Position numbers and translations under genes: made by a program
Assembly: GCA_038060895.1 (NCBI GenBank)
Contig: JBBTCT010000006.1
Coordinates: 60,600-124,599, forward strand
From: Planctomycetota bacterium
GTDB lineage: Bacteria > Planctomycetota > MHYJ01 > WSZJ01
Direction: 5' to 3'
Length of the DNA stretch: 64,000 nucleotides
Notes under the pieces: generated by a model
Seen by the model: the letters and a program-made list of their open reading frames with translations, nothing else
Databases searched by the model: none
Told to the model about the DNA's origin: nothing
Shown here: positions 38,719-48,179 of the stretch, one piece after another
Position numbering within the stretch: the stretch's first letter is position 1
How the letters are laid out: each line of letters begins with the position of its first letter

Positions 38719-39525
38719 TTGGCCAAGGTTCGCTTCGAGCGCAGCACGACCTGGGCCGCCGCGACGCGCGTCGTGTTTCTGGGCGGCAACGGGCACTGCA
38801 CTGGGCGCCTGAACCCGGCTCGGTCGGCCCTGGCGCGGATGCTGGGGGCGGGGAAGTGTGCGCCGCTGGAGATCCGGGAAGTGGAGTACCCGGGGTTCGA
38901 GGGGCGAGCGCCGGCGGCGACGCTTGAGGACTTCCTCGCGGAAGCAGGACGACAGACGGCGCAACTCGCAACTCCCTCCACCGTCCTGTACGGCACCGGC
39001 GCGGGCGGACTCATCCTCCTGGCGCTCCGGGCGCGGGACGCCGCCCCCGGCCGAATCATCCTGCAGGCCCCTGTGCTCTGGGGGCTCGAGGCCCGGCGAT
39101 TTCCGCTCTGGATGCGCGTTCCTGCCGCCGGCGCGATGGTGAGGGCGGCGATGCGCACCTCCCCTGTGAGGTGGTGGTTCTCAGGGAAGTATTTCACCGG
39201 GCGGGTGCATGGTGAAGTGAAGCGCGAATTCTTTCGCGGCTACGCCCGCTGCCGCGGATTCGCGCGGCTCTTCTCCTGGCTCGCGACGCCGTTTTTGCGC
39301 GACCTCGAGGCGCGCTTCCGCGAGAAGCCGTCCCGACTGGAAGACATCGAGATCTGGTGGGGCGGGAAGGACCGCGTGCTGACGACCGAGGAGCTGGCGC
39401 CGACGGAAGCCGCGCTGGGTGTGAAGTGGCCCCTGCGCGACTTTCCGTCCTGGGGGCACTACCCGATGATCGAGGCGCCCGAGGAGTGGATCGCGGCTGT
39501 TGCGGCGGAAGTGACGGGGACTTGA
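38719..39525 (+). CDS. Alpha/beta-hydrolase-fold protein lacking the nucleophile Ser
   Basis: EYPGFEGR, LYGTGAGG elbow, WWGGKDRVL, WGHYPMIEAP. Confidence 0.8.
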   Translation: MAKVRFERSTTWAAATRVVFLGGNGHCTGRLNPARSALARMLGAGKCAPLEIREVEYPGFEGRAPAATLEDFLAEAGRQTAQLATPSTVLYGTGAGGLILLALRARDAAPGRIILQAPVLWGLEARRFPLWMRVPAAGAMVRAAMRTSPVRWWFSGKYFTGRVHGEVKREFFRGYARCRGFARLFSWLATPFLRDLEARFREKPSRLEDIEIWWGGKDRVLTTEELAPTEAALGVKWPLRDFPSWGHYPMIEAPEEWIAAVAAEVTGT

Positions 39526-39648
39526 GCCGTACCCGCAGAACCTGCTTTGCCGTGGGGTCTGTTTCGGCGCCGGCGATCCCTTCGCCTCGACGATCCTGAC
39601 CGGGATCGTGCACTGAGGGACCAGGGACTACCGCCGCCGCCGAATCAG

Positions 39649-39686
39649 ACCCTTTCGACTCGCCCTTCGGGCTCGCTCAAGGCAGA
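39649..39686. repeat. REP-like palindromic unit (CCCTTCGACT...GCTCAxGGC type)
   Basis: ACCCTTTCGACTCGCCCTTCGGGCTCGCTCAAGGCAGA with internal GCCC-TTC-GGGC hairpin. Confidence 0.55.
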
Positions 39687-39700
39687 GCCGACAGGCACCA

Positions 39701-40387
39701 CTACTTTTTCGTCATGTCCTCGTTGAACTTGTCCTTGTTCTTCCGCCACCAGAGCTCGGCTTCGCCCGGGAGGCTGTTGAACGTTTCGCCGGTGAGCGTC
39801 TTGAGCCCGCCCGAGATCGCGGAGTAGACCGCAGCCTGGATGCCCGCGCTGCAGCCCATCCCGATGCCGACCTGTTTCTTGTAGAAGTCGAGGAGGACCT
39901 CGACGCTGGCTTTCGACTTGATCTCGGCGAGAGCGTTGACCGCGGCGACGGTCGCGTCGGAGGCTTTCTCGTCCTTCATGGGGACGTTCCTGGAAGCAAA
40001 GTCCTTGAGCATCGGGATCGCGGTGGCGTGGCCGACCTTGCCGATCGCCGCGAACACCGCCTTGAGCACCTCCGGCTTTTTCGCGTTCGGCCCGACTCCT
40101 CCTGCGAGCGCCCTCGCGGCGTCCGCGAGGCCCTTCATGGATCCCAGCGCCTCGACGGCAGCGGTGCGGATCGCGTCGTCCGCGTCGGCCAGCATCGGCG
40201 CCAGGGCCGCAGCGACGGTCGCGTGCGGGCAAGTTCCGGCGTCGGCAATTGCGGCTTTCTTCGCTTCGGCTTCCCTGGCCGCCTTCAACGCCGCGACTTT
40301 CACCTTTGCGTCCTCGGCGGACGGCGGATCACCGGCCATAGCAAACGAAGCGACGAGCGCGAGCGCGGCACAAATGCGGAACGCCAT
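39701..40387 (-). CDS. Exported HEAT-repeat protein
   Basis: Signal peptide, DDAIRTAAVEALG repeats, terminal LKTLTGETF..WW motif; GGAGG RBS. Confidence 0.82.
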   Translation of the reverse strand: MAFRICAALALVASFAMAGDPPSAEDAKVKVAALKAAREAEAKKAAIADAGTCPHATVAAALAPMLADADDAIRTAAVEALGSMKGLADAARALAGGVGPNAKKPEVLKAVFAAIGKVGHATAIPMLKDFASRNVPMKDEKASDATVAAVNALAEIKSKASVEVLLDFYKKQVGIGMGCSAGIQAAVYSAISGGLKTLTGETFNSLPGEAELWWRKNKDKFNEDMTKK

Positions 40388-40456
40388 GTCGAGACCTCCG
40401 TGCGTTTTCCCCCGCACGCAAGCTACGGAAACAGAGCGGAGGATCTTCCCGGAATC

Positions 40457-41224
40457 TCAGCGACCGACGGAAATCGCCACGACCTCGGAGGCGCCCATGA
40501 TGCGAAGTGCCGCGGCGCAGGCGCTGGCGGTTGCGCCCGTGGTAACGACGTCGTCGACCAGCAGAACGCGCTTCCCCGCGAAGTCTGGAACGCTTCCGAA
40601 CATCGGCTGCCTCGGGGCGAACAGCCCGGCTGCGTTCGCGATGCGGCCGGCGCGCGTGAGGAACGCCTGCTTTCCTGCCTTGCGCAGCCGGACCAGCGCC
40701 TTCGGGAAGAGCGGCCGGCCGAGGCGTGCGGCGACGGATTCGGCGAGCAGTTCGGCCTGATTGAAGCCGCGGGTGAGGAGTTTCCTGCGCGAGATGGGCA
40801 CTGGGACGACCGCGTCGGGGCGGGGGCACTCGCGCTCGGCGAGGTCCGCCGCCAGCGCGCCGAGCGGGCGTGCGAGATGGATTTCGCCGCCGAGCTTGAA
40901 GCGCCGCAGCAGCGCGCGCAGCAAGCCGGCGTAGCGGGCGGCGCCGCGGGCCTTGTCGAATGCGAACTTCGTCTGGCGGCAGTCCTTGCACGGGATTCCT
41001 GGGGAGCGCAGCAGGCGCCCGCAGTCGGCGCACGTCGGGGCGGGAGTGGCGAAGATCTCCATGACGCAGGCGTCGCAGAAGCCCTCGGCCCGCCTTTTCC
41101 CGCATGACATGCATAGCGGCGGGTAGAGCAACTCAAGCGCGGTCTCGCCCGCCGCGCGCGCGGCCGCAAAAAGAAAGCGGGCCGGCGCTGAGATCACGCC
41201 GGCCCGCATTGCTGTCGAAGCCAA
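40457..41224 (-). CDS. comF: ComF family double zinc-ribbon phosphoribosyltransferase
   Basis: CxxC pairs, RGFNQAELLA, VLLVDDVVTTGAT. Confidence 0.93.
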   Translation of the reverse strand: MASTAMRAGVISAPARFLFAAARAAGETALELLYPPLCMSCGKRRAEGFCDACVMEIFATPAPTCADCGRLLRSPGIPCKDCRQTKFAFDKARGAARYAGLLRALLRRFKLGGEIHLARPLGALAADLAERECPRPDAVVPVPISRRKLLTRGFNQAELLAESVAARLGRPLFPKALVRLRKAGKQAFLTRAGRIANAAGLFAPRQPMFGSVPDFAGKRVLLVDDVVTTGATASACAAALRIMGASEVVAISVGR

Positions 41225-41225
41225 A

Positions 41226-42341
41226 CTACTTCGCCGTCATCTTGTCCGCCGCTTTCTTCACGGCCGACTTCGCCGCGCCGTCCGCCTTGGAACCGTCGAC
41301 CTTCGCCGCGAGGCGGGACGGATCGAAGCTCCCCGACGCGCTCGCACCCTCCAGCTTCTTCGCGAACTCCGCCGTCTTCGCGCCCGAAAGAGCCGCCCAG
41401 CAGAGGCGCAGGAAGTTGGAAGCGTCCTTGTCCTTGCCCGGCCACTTCTCCAGCGTCGCAATCACTTCGCCCGCGTTCGCCGTCTCGTCCTTGAGCAGGT
41501 GCGCTTCCGCAAGCAGTCTCCATAGGCGCGCATCGGCGTAGTGCTTGCGGCCTTCCTTCGCCGCCATGACCGCGCGGTCGAGTTCGTTGCGCTGGATGCA
41601 CGCTTCGACAAAATCGGCGTAAAGCTCGCGCTTGTTCAGCTCGCGGACGGCCAGCCAGCCCTCGTCGAGGTCGCCACCGACGATCGCGGCGCCCGCCTGG
41701 GCCTTGAGGTTGACGCGCTTGAGGTCCTTGCTCTGCTGAAGAGCCGTCTCGTAGTGGCCCTTCGCGCCGCCGTCATCACCTGAGCGGCGGTGAATCTCGC
41801 CCATCATGTAGTGCGCCTTCGGCGAGACACCCATGTTCGCTTCGAGCGCCGCGCCCTGAGCGTCGAGCGCCATCGCCTTCAGCTCGGCGTCGGACGGGTC
41901 CATCACGAACTCGCGGAAACAGACATCGGCTTCCGCTTCGATCTGCTCGATCTTGTGGATGACGGCGTTGCAGGCGCGGACCATGCGGCGGGCGAGGTGC
42001 GGTTCCACCGGTGTTTCGGGGATTCCGTACTCCTTGTCGCCGGCGCAATTCCCCATCTCGTAGGTCTCGAGCATCAGGAAGGTCATGATCGCGTCGCGGA
42101 CTTCCTTCGTGTAATCCTTGCCGCCCTGCTTGTCGGCCTTGATGTAGCCGATGTGGCGCCAGGCGTGCTTGTGCACGGGTTCGAGGCGGACGGACTCCTC
42201 GAACTCCTGAAGCGCGAGGACGCGGTCGCCGCGATTTTCGGCGGCGATGCCCAGGTCGTAATGCGTCGGAACTGGCGTTTTGCAGCCGGCGAAGACGACG
42301 AGAAGTGAAGCGCCGGCAAGTGACAGGATCGGCGTGCGCAT
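41226..42341 (-). CDS. TPR-repeat lipoprotein
   Basis: Lipobox FAGC; TPR helices (HYDLGIA.., AHYMMGEIH..YETALQ); CAGGAG RBS. Confidence 0.82.
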   Translation of the reverse strand: MRTPILSLAGASLLVVFAGCKTPVPTHYDLGIAAENRGDRVLALQEFEESVRLEPVHKHAWRHIGYIKADKQGGKDYTKEVRDAIMTFLMLETYEMGNCAGDKEYGIPETPVEPHLARRMVRACNAVIHKIEQIEAEADVCFREFVMDPSDAELKAMALDAQGAALEANMGVSPKAHYMMGEIHRRSGDDGGAKGHYETALQQSKDLKRVNLKAQAGAAIVGGDLDEGWLAVRELNKRELYADFVEACIQRNELDRAVMAAKEGRKHYADARLWRLLAEAHLLKDETANAGEVIATLEKWPGKDKDASNFLRLCWAALSGAKTAEFAKKLEGASASGSFDPSRLAAKVDGSKADGAAKSAVKKAADKMTAK

Positions 42342-42359
42342 GCGACGACTCCTGATGTC

Positions 42360-42538
42360 CGCCCCCGGGGGCGATTGTGCGCCTTTGATGCGGTGTGAAT
42401 CAAGCGTGAAGTGACGCGGGGCGGCTTGGGCCGGCTTGGGCGGGACATTGGAAATGTTCGGCTGGACTTACCCGGCCCCGCGTCACTCCACACTTAATTC
42501 ACACCGCATCAAAGCCGCACCCTCGCCCCCGGGGGGCG
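42360..42538 (-). repeat. About 65-bp imperfect inverted repeat forming a 180-nt hairpin
   Basis: Arms about 42360-42424 and 42472-42538 are near reverse complements (CTTTGATGCGGTGTGAAT / ATTCACACCGCATCAAAG core). Confidence 0.85.
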
Positions 42539-42656
42539 CACCTAAAGACTTGCGTCGCTTGCAAGGAAGTTGACGATGTGAGGGGGAGCGTGGGGACATG
42601 GGTTACGTAAGACACTATGGGACAAGAGTTTAAGACAGAGACTGGGAATCGTATTC

Positions 42657-42672
42657 CGGCGTATCGTTTGCA
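42657..42672 (+). promoter_or_regulatory. Probable sigma54 promoter
   Basis: CGGCGT-ATCGT-TTGCA (GG-N10-GC) with AT-richer tract upstream, 35 nt before the ATG. Confidence 0.5.
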
Positions 42673-42706
42673 GCTTCTTCAAATCTTCCCACTCCGGAGT
42701 CCTTCC

Positions 42707-43693
42707 ATGATTCGCCCGACTCTTACAGGCGCCCTCCTGACCGCCCTCGCCCTGTCCGCCCGCGCCGAGGACGCGCCGATCGGCTGGGCCCTCCAGCGCG
42801 GCGAAACCCTCGTCTATCGCATCGAGAACACCTACAAGTTCTGGCCGAACGCGCGCCCCGACGGCGTCGATGCCGGCGGCAACGATCCCGACCGTAATCG
42901 AACGGGAAGCGGGAAGTTCGAGGAGAAGTTCTGGATCAAGCTGGAGGTCGAGGACATCAACGGCGACGGAGACGCCAAGGTCACCGTTTCGTTCCCGCGC
43001 GTCTCGGCTCACGCGCGACTGGACGACACGGGCGAGGAAGCGGAGTGGGACTCGAAGGACGGCAAGCCGCCCGAAGAATTCGGGTTCGGGCCGTACGAGT
43101 TCCTCACGAAGAACTCCTGGGATGCGACCATGCAGGCAAACGGGGAACTCTTTGCACTGCAGGGAAAGATCGACTACCTGCTTCCCGGAAAAACAAAGCT
43201 GCGCAAGAAGAAAGGGGACATGACGCAGGCCGAAATCGCGAGCCAGCTCATGCCGATGCCGCTTCCGATCGAAGTCTGGCTCCAGCAGATCTTCTCGACG
43301 ATCCCGAAGGATGGCCGTTCCCCGAAGTTCACGCGGCGTCTGCCGGAACTTCTCGAGATCAAGAACGACTACGAAGCCGAGTTCGACTCCTGGCGCGACC
43401 TCGACGGGCGCCGTTGCGTGCTTTATCGCTTCGAGAAGAAGGACCTGCGTCTCGAGGAAAAAAAGGCGGGGCGGGAGCCGGTCGACTTCAGCACCGGAGA
43501 CTTCAGAGATGGAGACAACGTGAAGAAGATCCTCGCATCCTCCCGCCGGGCCATAAAGTCGTGGTTCTGCGTCAAGGACGGCGTCATGGTCCGTGTTGAA
43601 GGCGAGGCGCGCGACGACCGCATGACAGTCGGCACCGTGTCGCGTTCCCAGGACTGGTCCTGTGTCCTGGAGTCGCGCAAAGCCGCAAAGTAG
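42707..43693 (+). CDS. Exported hypothetical beta-rich protein
   Basis: Signal peptide (ALSARA/ED), GGAG RBS, GC3-rich codons. Confidence 0.8.
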   Translation: MIRPTLTGALLTALALSARAEDAPIGWALQRGETLVYRIENTYKFWPNARPDGVDAGGNDPDRNRTGSGKFEEKFWIKLEVEDINGDGDAKVTVSFPRVSAHARLDDTGEEAEWDSKDGKPPEEFGFGPYEFLTKNSWDATMQANGELFALQGKIDYLLPGKTKLRKKKGDMTQAEIASQLMPMPLPIEVWLQQIFSTIPKDGRSPKFTRRLPELLEIKNDYEAEFDSWRDLDGRRCVLYRFEKKDLRLEEKKAGREPVDFSTGDFRDGDNVKKILASSRRAIKSWFCVKDGVMVRVEGEARDDRMTVGTVSRSQDWSCVLESRKAAK

Positions 43694-43718
43694 CCCGACC
43701 CCGGTTTCCGAACGCCGT

Positions 43719-43780
43719 GTCCTACTCCCTGCCAACTACCTCCTACCCCCTACTCACGACTCAACACTCCCGACTCTCAC
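43719..43780. repeat. Heptad tandem array after the prfB stop
   Basis: CTAC-type heptads followed by CTCACGA CTCAACA CTCCCGA CTCTCAC. Confidence 0.6.
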
Positions 43781-43781
43781 T

Positions 43782-44883
43782 TCAGTTCTTCGCGTTCCAC
43801 TTCAGATAAGCCTCAACGAACTCCTCCAGCCTCCCATCCAGCACCGCCTGGATGTTCCCCGTCTCGACGTCGGTGCGCGCGTCCTTCACGAGCTGGAAAG
43901 GGTTCATGGTGTAGCTGCGGATCTGGCTCGAGCTCCCGAACCCGATGCGCCCCTTCGCCCCGCGCGCCGCATCGACCTTCGCGGTGCGCTCCAGTTCGCG
44001 GGCGGTCAGAAGCTTGGCCGCCAGGTACTTCAGAGCCATTTTCTTGTTCAGCGGCTGCGAGCGCTCGTTCTGGCATGCGACGATGATCCCGGTCGGGATG
44101 TGCGTCAAGCGCACGGCCGAATCCGTGACGTTCACGTGCTGCCCGCCCGCACCGCCCGAGCGATACGTGTCGATCTTCAGATCCGTTTCGAGGATCTCGA
44201 TGTCCACTTCTTCGAACTCCGGCGTGACATCGATGGACGCGAACGCCGTCTGCCGCCGGTGGTTGGCGTCGAAAGGGGAGACGCGCACGAGCCGGTGCAC
44301 GCCGTGCTCACCTTTGAGGTAGCCGTACGCGTACGGCCCGCGAATCTCCAGCGTCGCCGACCGGATTCCCGCTTCGTCCGCCGGAAGCGCGTCGATGAGC
44401 TTGCACTCGAAGCCCATGCGCTCGCAGTACCCCTGGTACATGCGCAGAAGCATCCGCGCCCAGTCGCACGCGTCGGTGCCGCCGGTGCCGGCCTGGATGG
44501 CCATGAAGCAGTCGCGCGGGTCATTGTCGTCCCTGAACAGCGTGCGAAGTTCGAGCGCGCCGAGGTCGGATTCCGCCTTGACCAGATCAGCGACGACCTG
44601 CTTCAGCGTCGCGGCGTCATTCTCGCCCTCCGCCAGCTCGGCCAGTTCCGCGGCGTCCGCAGCGGTCCGGATCGCGGCCTCAACGGGATCGACGAGGCCC
44701 TTCAGCGCCTTCAGCTGCACGACCTTCTTCTGCGCCGTCTCCTGGTGATTCCAAAAGTCAGGCAACCCCATTTCCTTCTCGAGTTTCTCGAGCTGGACCT
44801 TTTTTCCTGCCAGGTCAAAGAGAGTCCCGAAGCGCGTGGATGCGGGTCTGGAGGTCCTGGGCTCTTCGAAGTGTTTCGGCCAT
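43782..44883 (-). CDS. prfB: Peptide chain release factor 2 with programmed +1 frameshift (join 44883-44818, 44816-43782)
   Basis: MAETL..RDSL then CTT TGA C slip site at 44820-44814; SPF (VRVSPFD) and GGQ motifs. Confidence 0.97.
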
Positions 44884-44952
44884 GTCGAGGTCTCCGGGAG
44901 TGCGTGGGGCGGACACTATAGCTTGGAAAGAGGGCCGGCGAGGAAAGGGCGG

Positions 44953-45126
44953 AACTTTCAACTTCAAGACGACAATTTCCAAGCAAACGGAGAACTTCAA
45001 GAAAGCGAACGACAGGCCCTACGGCGACATATCATGGGCCAGGTGAACCGAAGCTTTCGGGATGCCACGCCTTGCCGTTTGTAGTTAGCCGTTTGCTTGA
45101 AAGTTCGCGGTCTTGAAGTTGCGGTT
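44953..45126. repeat. Palindromic MITE/REP-like element A (AACTTCAAG core)
   Basis: Arms CAACTTCAAGAC..CAAGCAAACGG..AACTTCAA and TTGTAGTT..CCGTTTGCTTG..GTCTTGAAGTTG. Confidence 0.75.
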
Positions 45127-45146
45127 GCCGGGCGCAGCCCGGCTCC

Positions 45147-45977
45147 TCACCGCATGGCCTTCTTCACCTTCTGCCATAACCCAGGCTTCAACTTCTGCCT
45201 CAGTTCCTCAACCTTCGCCTTCATCGCGAATTCGCCCGCCACCATCGCCACCCCCGCCTTGCCCATCTCGTCCCAGCCGATCCCCTTGAGGTCCGGCGCC
45301 ACGACGACGTCCGCCGCCGCCAGATGCTTCTCGCTCGCCCGGTACGTCACGATCGAAAATGCCTGGATCAGGACTTCGTAGGCGTTATGCGGCGGCTTCG
45401 GAAGGGCCGTCTCGCTTCGGACGTCGCTGGCGAGCACGACATCCGCGCCGAGCGCGCGCGCCTGGGGTGCGGGGATGTAGGCGACCATCCCTCCGTCCGC
45501 GAGGAGGAGGCCGTCGACCTTGACGGGCTCGTACAGTCCCGGGAGGGCGCAGGAGGCCCGGACGGCCTGGAAGAGGTCGCCCTGGAGGATCTCGACGTTG
45601 TTGCCGGTGCTCAAGTCCGTGGCGCAGACCGCGAGCGGAATCTTGAGGTCGGTGAAGTGGCGCGTCGGCATGAACGATTCCAGCCAGCGCTCCATTTTCA
45701 TGTTCGAGCTGAAGCCGGTGAGCCGCCACGCGAAGGACCCGACGTCTCCCCAGCGGACCTTCCGGGCGACTTCCTCGATCTCCCGGATCGGGACTCCCGC
45801 GCAGTAGATCGCGCCAATCAGGGCGCCGACGGAGGTCCCGACGACGAGGTCGGGGCGCAGCCCTTCGCGCTCCAGGATCTTGAGGACGCCGATGTGGGCC
45901 ATGCCGCGGGCGCCGCCTCCGCCGAGGGCGACGGCGAAGAAAGGTCGGCGGGCCGGTTTCTGGATCTGGGGAGGCAC
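45147..45977 (-). CDS. Patatin-like phospholipase
   Basis: GGGGARG, GTSVG nucleophile, ADGG; GTG start 6 nt after GATAAT. Confidence 0.93.
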   Translation of the reverse strand: MPPQIQKPARRPFFAVALGGGGARGMAHIGVLKILEREGLRPDLVVGTSVGALIGAIYCAGVPIREIEEVARKVRWGDVGSFAWRLTGFSSNMKMERWLESFMPTRHFTDLKIPLAVCATDLSTGNNVEILQGDLFQAVRASCALPGLYEPVKVDGLLLADGGMVAYIPAPQARALGADVVLASDVRSETALPKPPHNAYEVLIQAFSIVTYRASEKHLAAADVVVAPDLKGIGWDEMGKAGVAMVAGEFAMKAKVEELRQKLKPGLWQKVKKAMR

Positions 45978-46061
45978 GCGTTCATTATCGCTGAAGGACG
46001 GGGAAGGTTGGTTTAACGACCGTTTCAGCCAGAGGCTCGACCGGCTGAGATCTGAGCCAGG

Positions 46062-46231
46062 AACCAACAACTTCAATTTTCAAGTTTCAAGCAATCAGCA
46101 ACTTCAAGAGGAGAACTACAGGCCTGGAGACGAGAGGTTGACGGCAAATGCGCCAACAGGAAATGGCCTTGAAGTTGTCGTCTTGGAGTTCGCCGTTTTC
46201 TTGAGAGTTCGCCGTCCTGAAGTTGATGTTT
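46062..46231. repeat. Palindromic MITE/REP-like element B (same family as A)
   Basis: AACTTCAA repeats on the left arm, TTGAAGTT/TTGGAGTT/TTGAGAGTT on the right arm. Confidence 0.75.
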
Positions 46232-46358
46232 CCGGGCAATAGAGGCGCGCGTCGGACTTGCCAATTGCCTCACAAAAGCCGCTACGAATGCGCAGCCCCG
46301 CCGAGGGCTATAATGGGGCCGTCATCCCTTTGCGGGGGGAAATCGATCGGAGCCGGAC

Positions 46359-48161
46359 GTGGACCCCGTCACGCTGAATGAACTCGCCTTTTCCGCGCTG
46401 GATGGATTCCGTCAGCCGGCGCTTTTCAAATCGCGCAGGGACGCCGCGTGGGTGGGAATGTCCGCCCGGGACGTGGAGCGGCGGGTGCGGGAGCTTTCTC
46501 TCGGGCTGGGCGAGCTCGGCGTCAAGCCCGGCGACCGGGTTGCCCTGCTCTCCGAGAACCGCCACGAGTGGGTCGAGAGCGATCTCGCGATCCTGACGGC
46601 CCGCGCCGTCGCGGTGCCGATCTACCCGTCGCTTCCCGCCGCGGCAGTCGAGAAAGTGCTTGCGCACAGCGAATCGAAGGTGCTCGTGTGCTCTTCCGCG
46701 GCGCAGGCGGCGAAGGCCGATCGGGCGAAACTGCCGAAGCTGAAGCACGTCGTCGTCTTCGACGGCACCGCCCCCGACACGAAACCGCTCGCGGACGTCC
46801 TCCACATGGGCGGCGAGCGCGCCGCCAGGGAGCCGTACCTGCACCGCGCCGAGGCGCAGCGCGCGCGCCCCGAGGACCTCGCGACCATCATCTACACGAG
46901 CGGCACGACCGGCGACTCGAAGGGCGTGATGCTCACCCACGGGAACATCGCTTCCAACGTCAACGCCTGCGTCCGCGCGATCCGCCTCCAGCCCGACGAC
47001 CTCGCGCTCTCGATTCTCCCGCTGTCGCACATCTTCGAGCGAATGATGACGTTCTCTCTCCTGCGCTCCGGCGCCGCCATCGCGTTCGGCGGGCCGCCCG
47101 ACCGCGTTCCCCAGGACCTCATCGAGGTCCACCCGACCATCGTCGCGGCCGTGCCGCGCTTCTTCGAGAAAATGCACGAGAAGATCTTCTCGGCCGTCCG
47201 CGCCGCGAAGCCGTCGAGGCGGAAGATGTTCGAGGCGGCGCTCGAGGTCGGGCGCGAGCGGTCGCGCTGCCTCATCGCCGGGCGGCCGCTTCCGCAGGCA
47301 CTCGCATGGAAGTGGCGGATCGCGCGGATGCTGGTGTTCCGGAAGGTGCGCGAGGCGCTGGGCGGGCAGGTGCGGATGTTCATCTCGGGCGGTGCGCCGC
47401 TGCCGCGCGAGCTCGGCGAGTTTTTCCACGCCGCGGGCCTCCCGATTCTAGAAGGGTACGGGCTGACGGAGACGTCGCCCGTTCTGACCCTGAACCGCAT
47501 GGATGACCTCAAGTTCGGGACGGTCGGCAAGCCGGTGCCGGAGGTCGACATCCGGATCGCCGAGGACGGCGAGATCCTGGCGCGAGGGCCGGGAATCATG
47601 GCGGGGTATCACAAGGCGCCGAAAGAAACGAAGGAGGCGCTGGCCGGCGGGTGGTTTCACACGGGGGATGTCGGGCACTTCGACCCCCAGGGATTCCTCC
47701 TCATCACCGACCGGAAGAAGGACCTGATCAAGACGTCGGGCGGGAAGTACGTCGCGCCGCAGCCGATCGAGAGCGCACTGCGCGAGTCGAAGTTTGTCCA
47801 GTCCGCCGTCGTCCTCGGTGACCGGCGCAAGTTCTGCATCGCGCTGGTCGTCCCGCGCTACGAGGCGCTGGAAGCGTGGGCCGGCGACCGTCACCTGTCG
47901 TTTCCGGCGCGCCACGACCTGCTCGCTTCCAGCCCGGTCCGCGAACTGTTCGAAAGCGAGCTCATCCGCGTGAACGCCGGCAAGGCGCCCTACGAGACGA
48001 TCAAGACGTTCGCGCTGCTCGACCGCGACTTCACCATGGCCGACGGCGAACTGACGCCGACGCTCAAGGTCAAGCGCCGCGTGATCGAGGAGCGGCACAA
48101 GGCGCTGATCGACGCGCTTTATGCGAACGGGACGGACGGCTCGCCGGACGCGAAGGCATAA
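46359..48161 (+). CDS. Long-chain fatty acid-CoA ligase
   Basis: IYTSGTTGDSKG, EGYGLTET, FHTGDVG, DRKKDLIKTSGGK, LTPTLKVKR. Confidence 0.95.
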   Translation: MDPVTLNELAFSALDGFRQPALFKSRRDAAWVGMSARDVERRVRELSLGLGELGVKPGDRVALLSENRHEWVESDLAILTARAVAVPIYPSLPAAAVEKVLAHSESKVLVCSSAAQAAKADRAKLPKLKHVVVFDGTAPDTKPLADVLHMGGERAAREPYLHRAEAQRARPEDLATIIYTSGTTGDSKGVMLTHGNIASNVNACVRAIRLQPDDLALSILPLSHIFERMMTFSLLRSGAAIAFGGPPDRVPQDLIEVHPTIVAAVPRFFEKMHEKIFSAVRAAKPSRRKMFEAALEVGRERSRCLIAGRPLPQALAWKWRIARMLVFRKVREALGGQVRMFISGGAPLPRELGEFFHAAGLPILEGYGLTETSPVLTLNRMDDLKFGTVGKPVPEVDIRIAEDGEILARGPGIMAGYHKAPKETKEALAGGWFHTGDVGHFDPQGFLLITDRKKDLIKTSGGKYVAPQPIESALRESKFVQSAVVLGDRRKFCIALVVPRYEALEAWAGDRHLSFPARHDLLASSPVRELFESELIRVNAGKAPYETIKTFALLDRDFTMADGELTPTLKVKRRVIEERHKALIDALYANGTDGSPDAKA

Positions 48162-48179
48162 CAGGCGTAGAATGAGCGC

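Noticed and set aside
42360-42538. 6S RNA or SRP RNA identity for the long hairpin
   Set aside because: Length is similar to 6S, but there is no central open bubble and no SRP GGAA/AGCAG motif; kept as an unexplained hairpin
44815-44817. prfB in-frame TGA as pseudogene or selenocysteine codon
   Set aside because: Classic CTT-TGA-C programmed +1 frameshift of RF2
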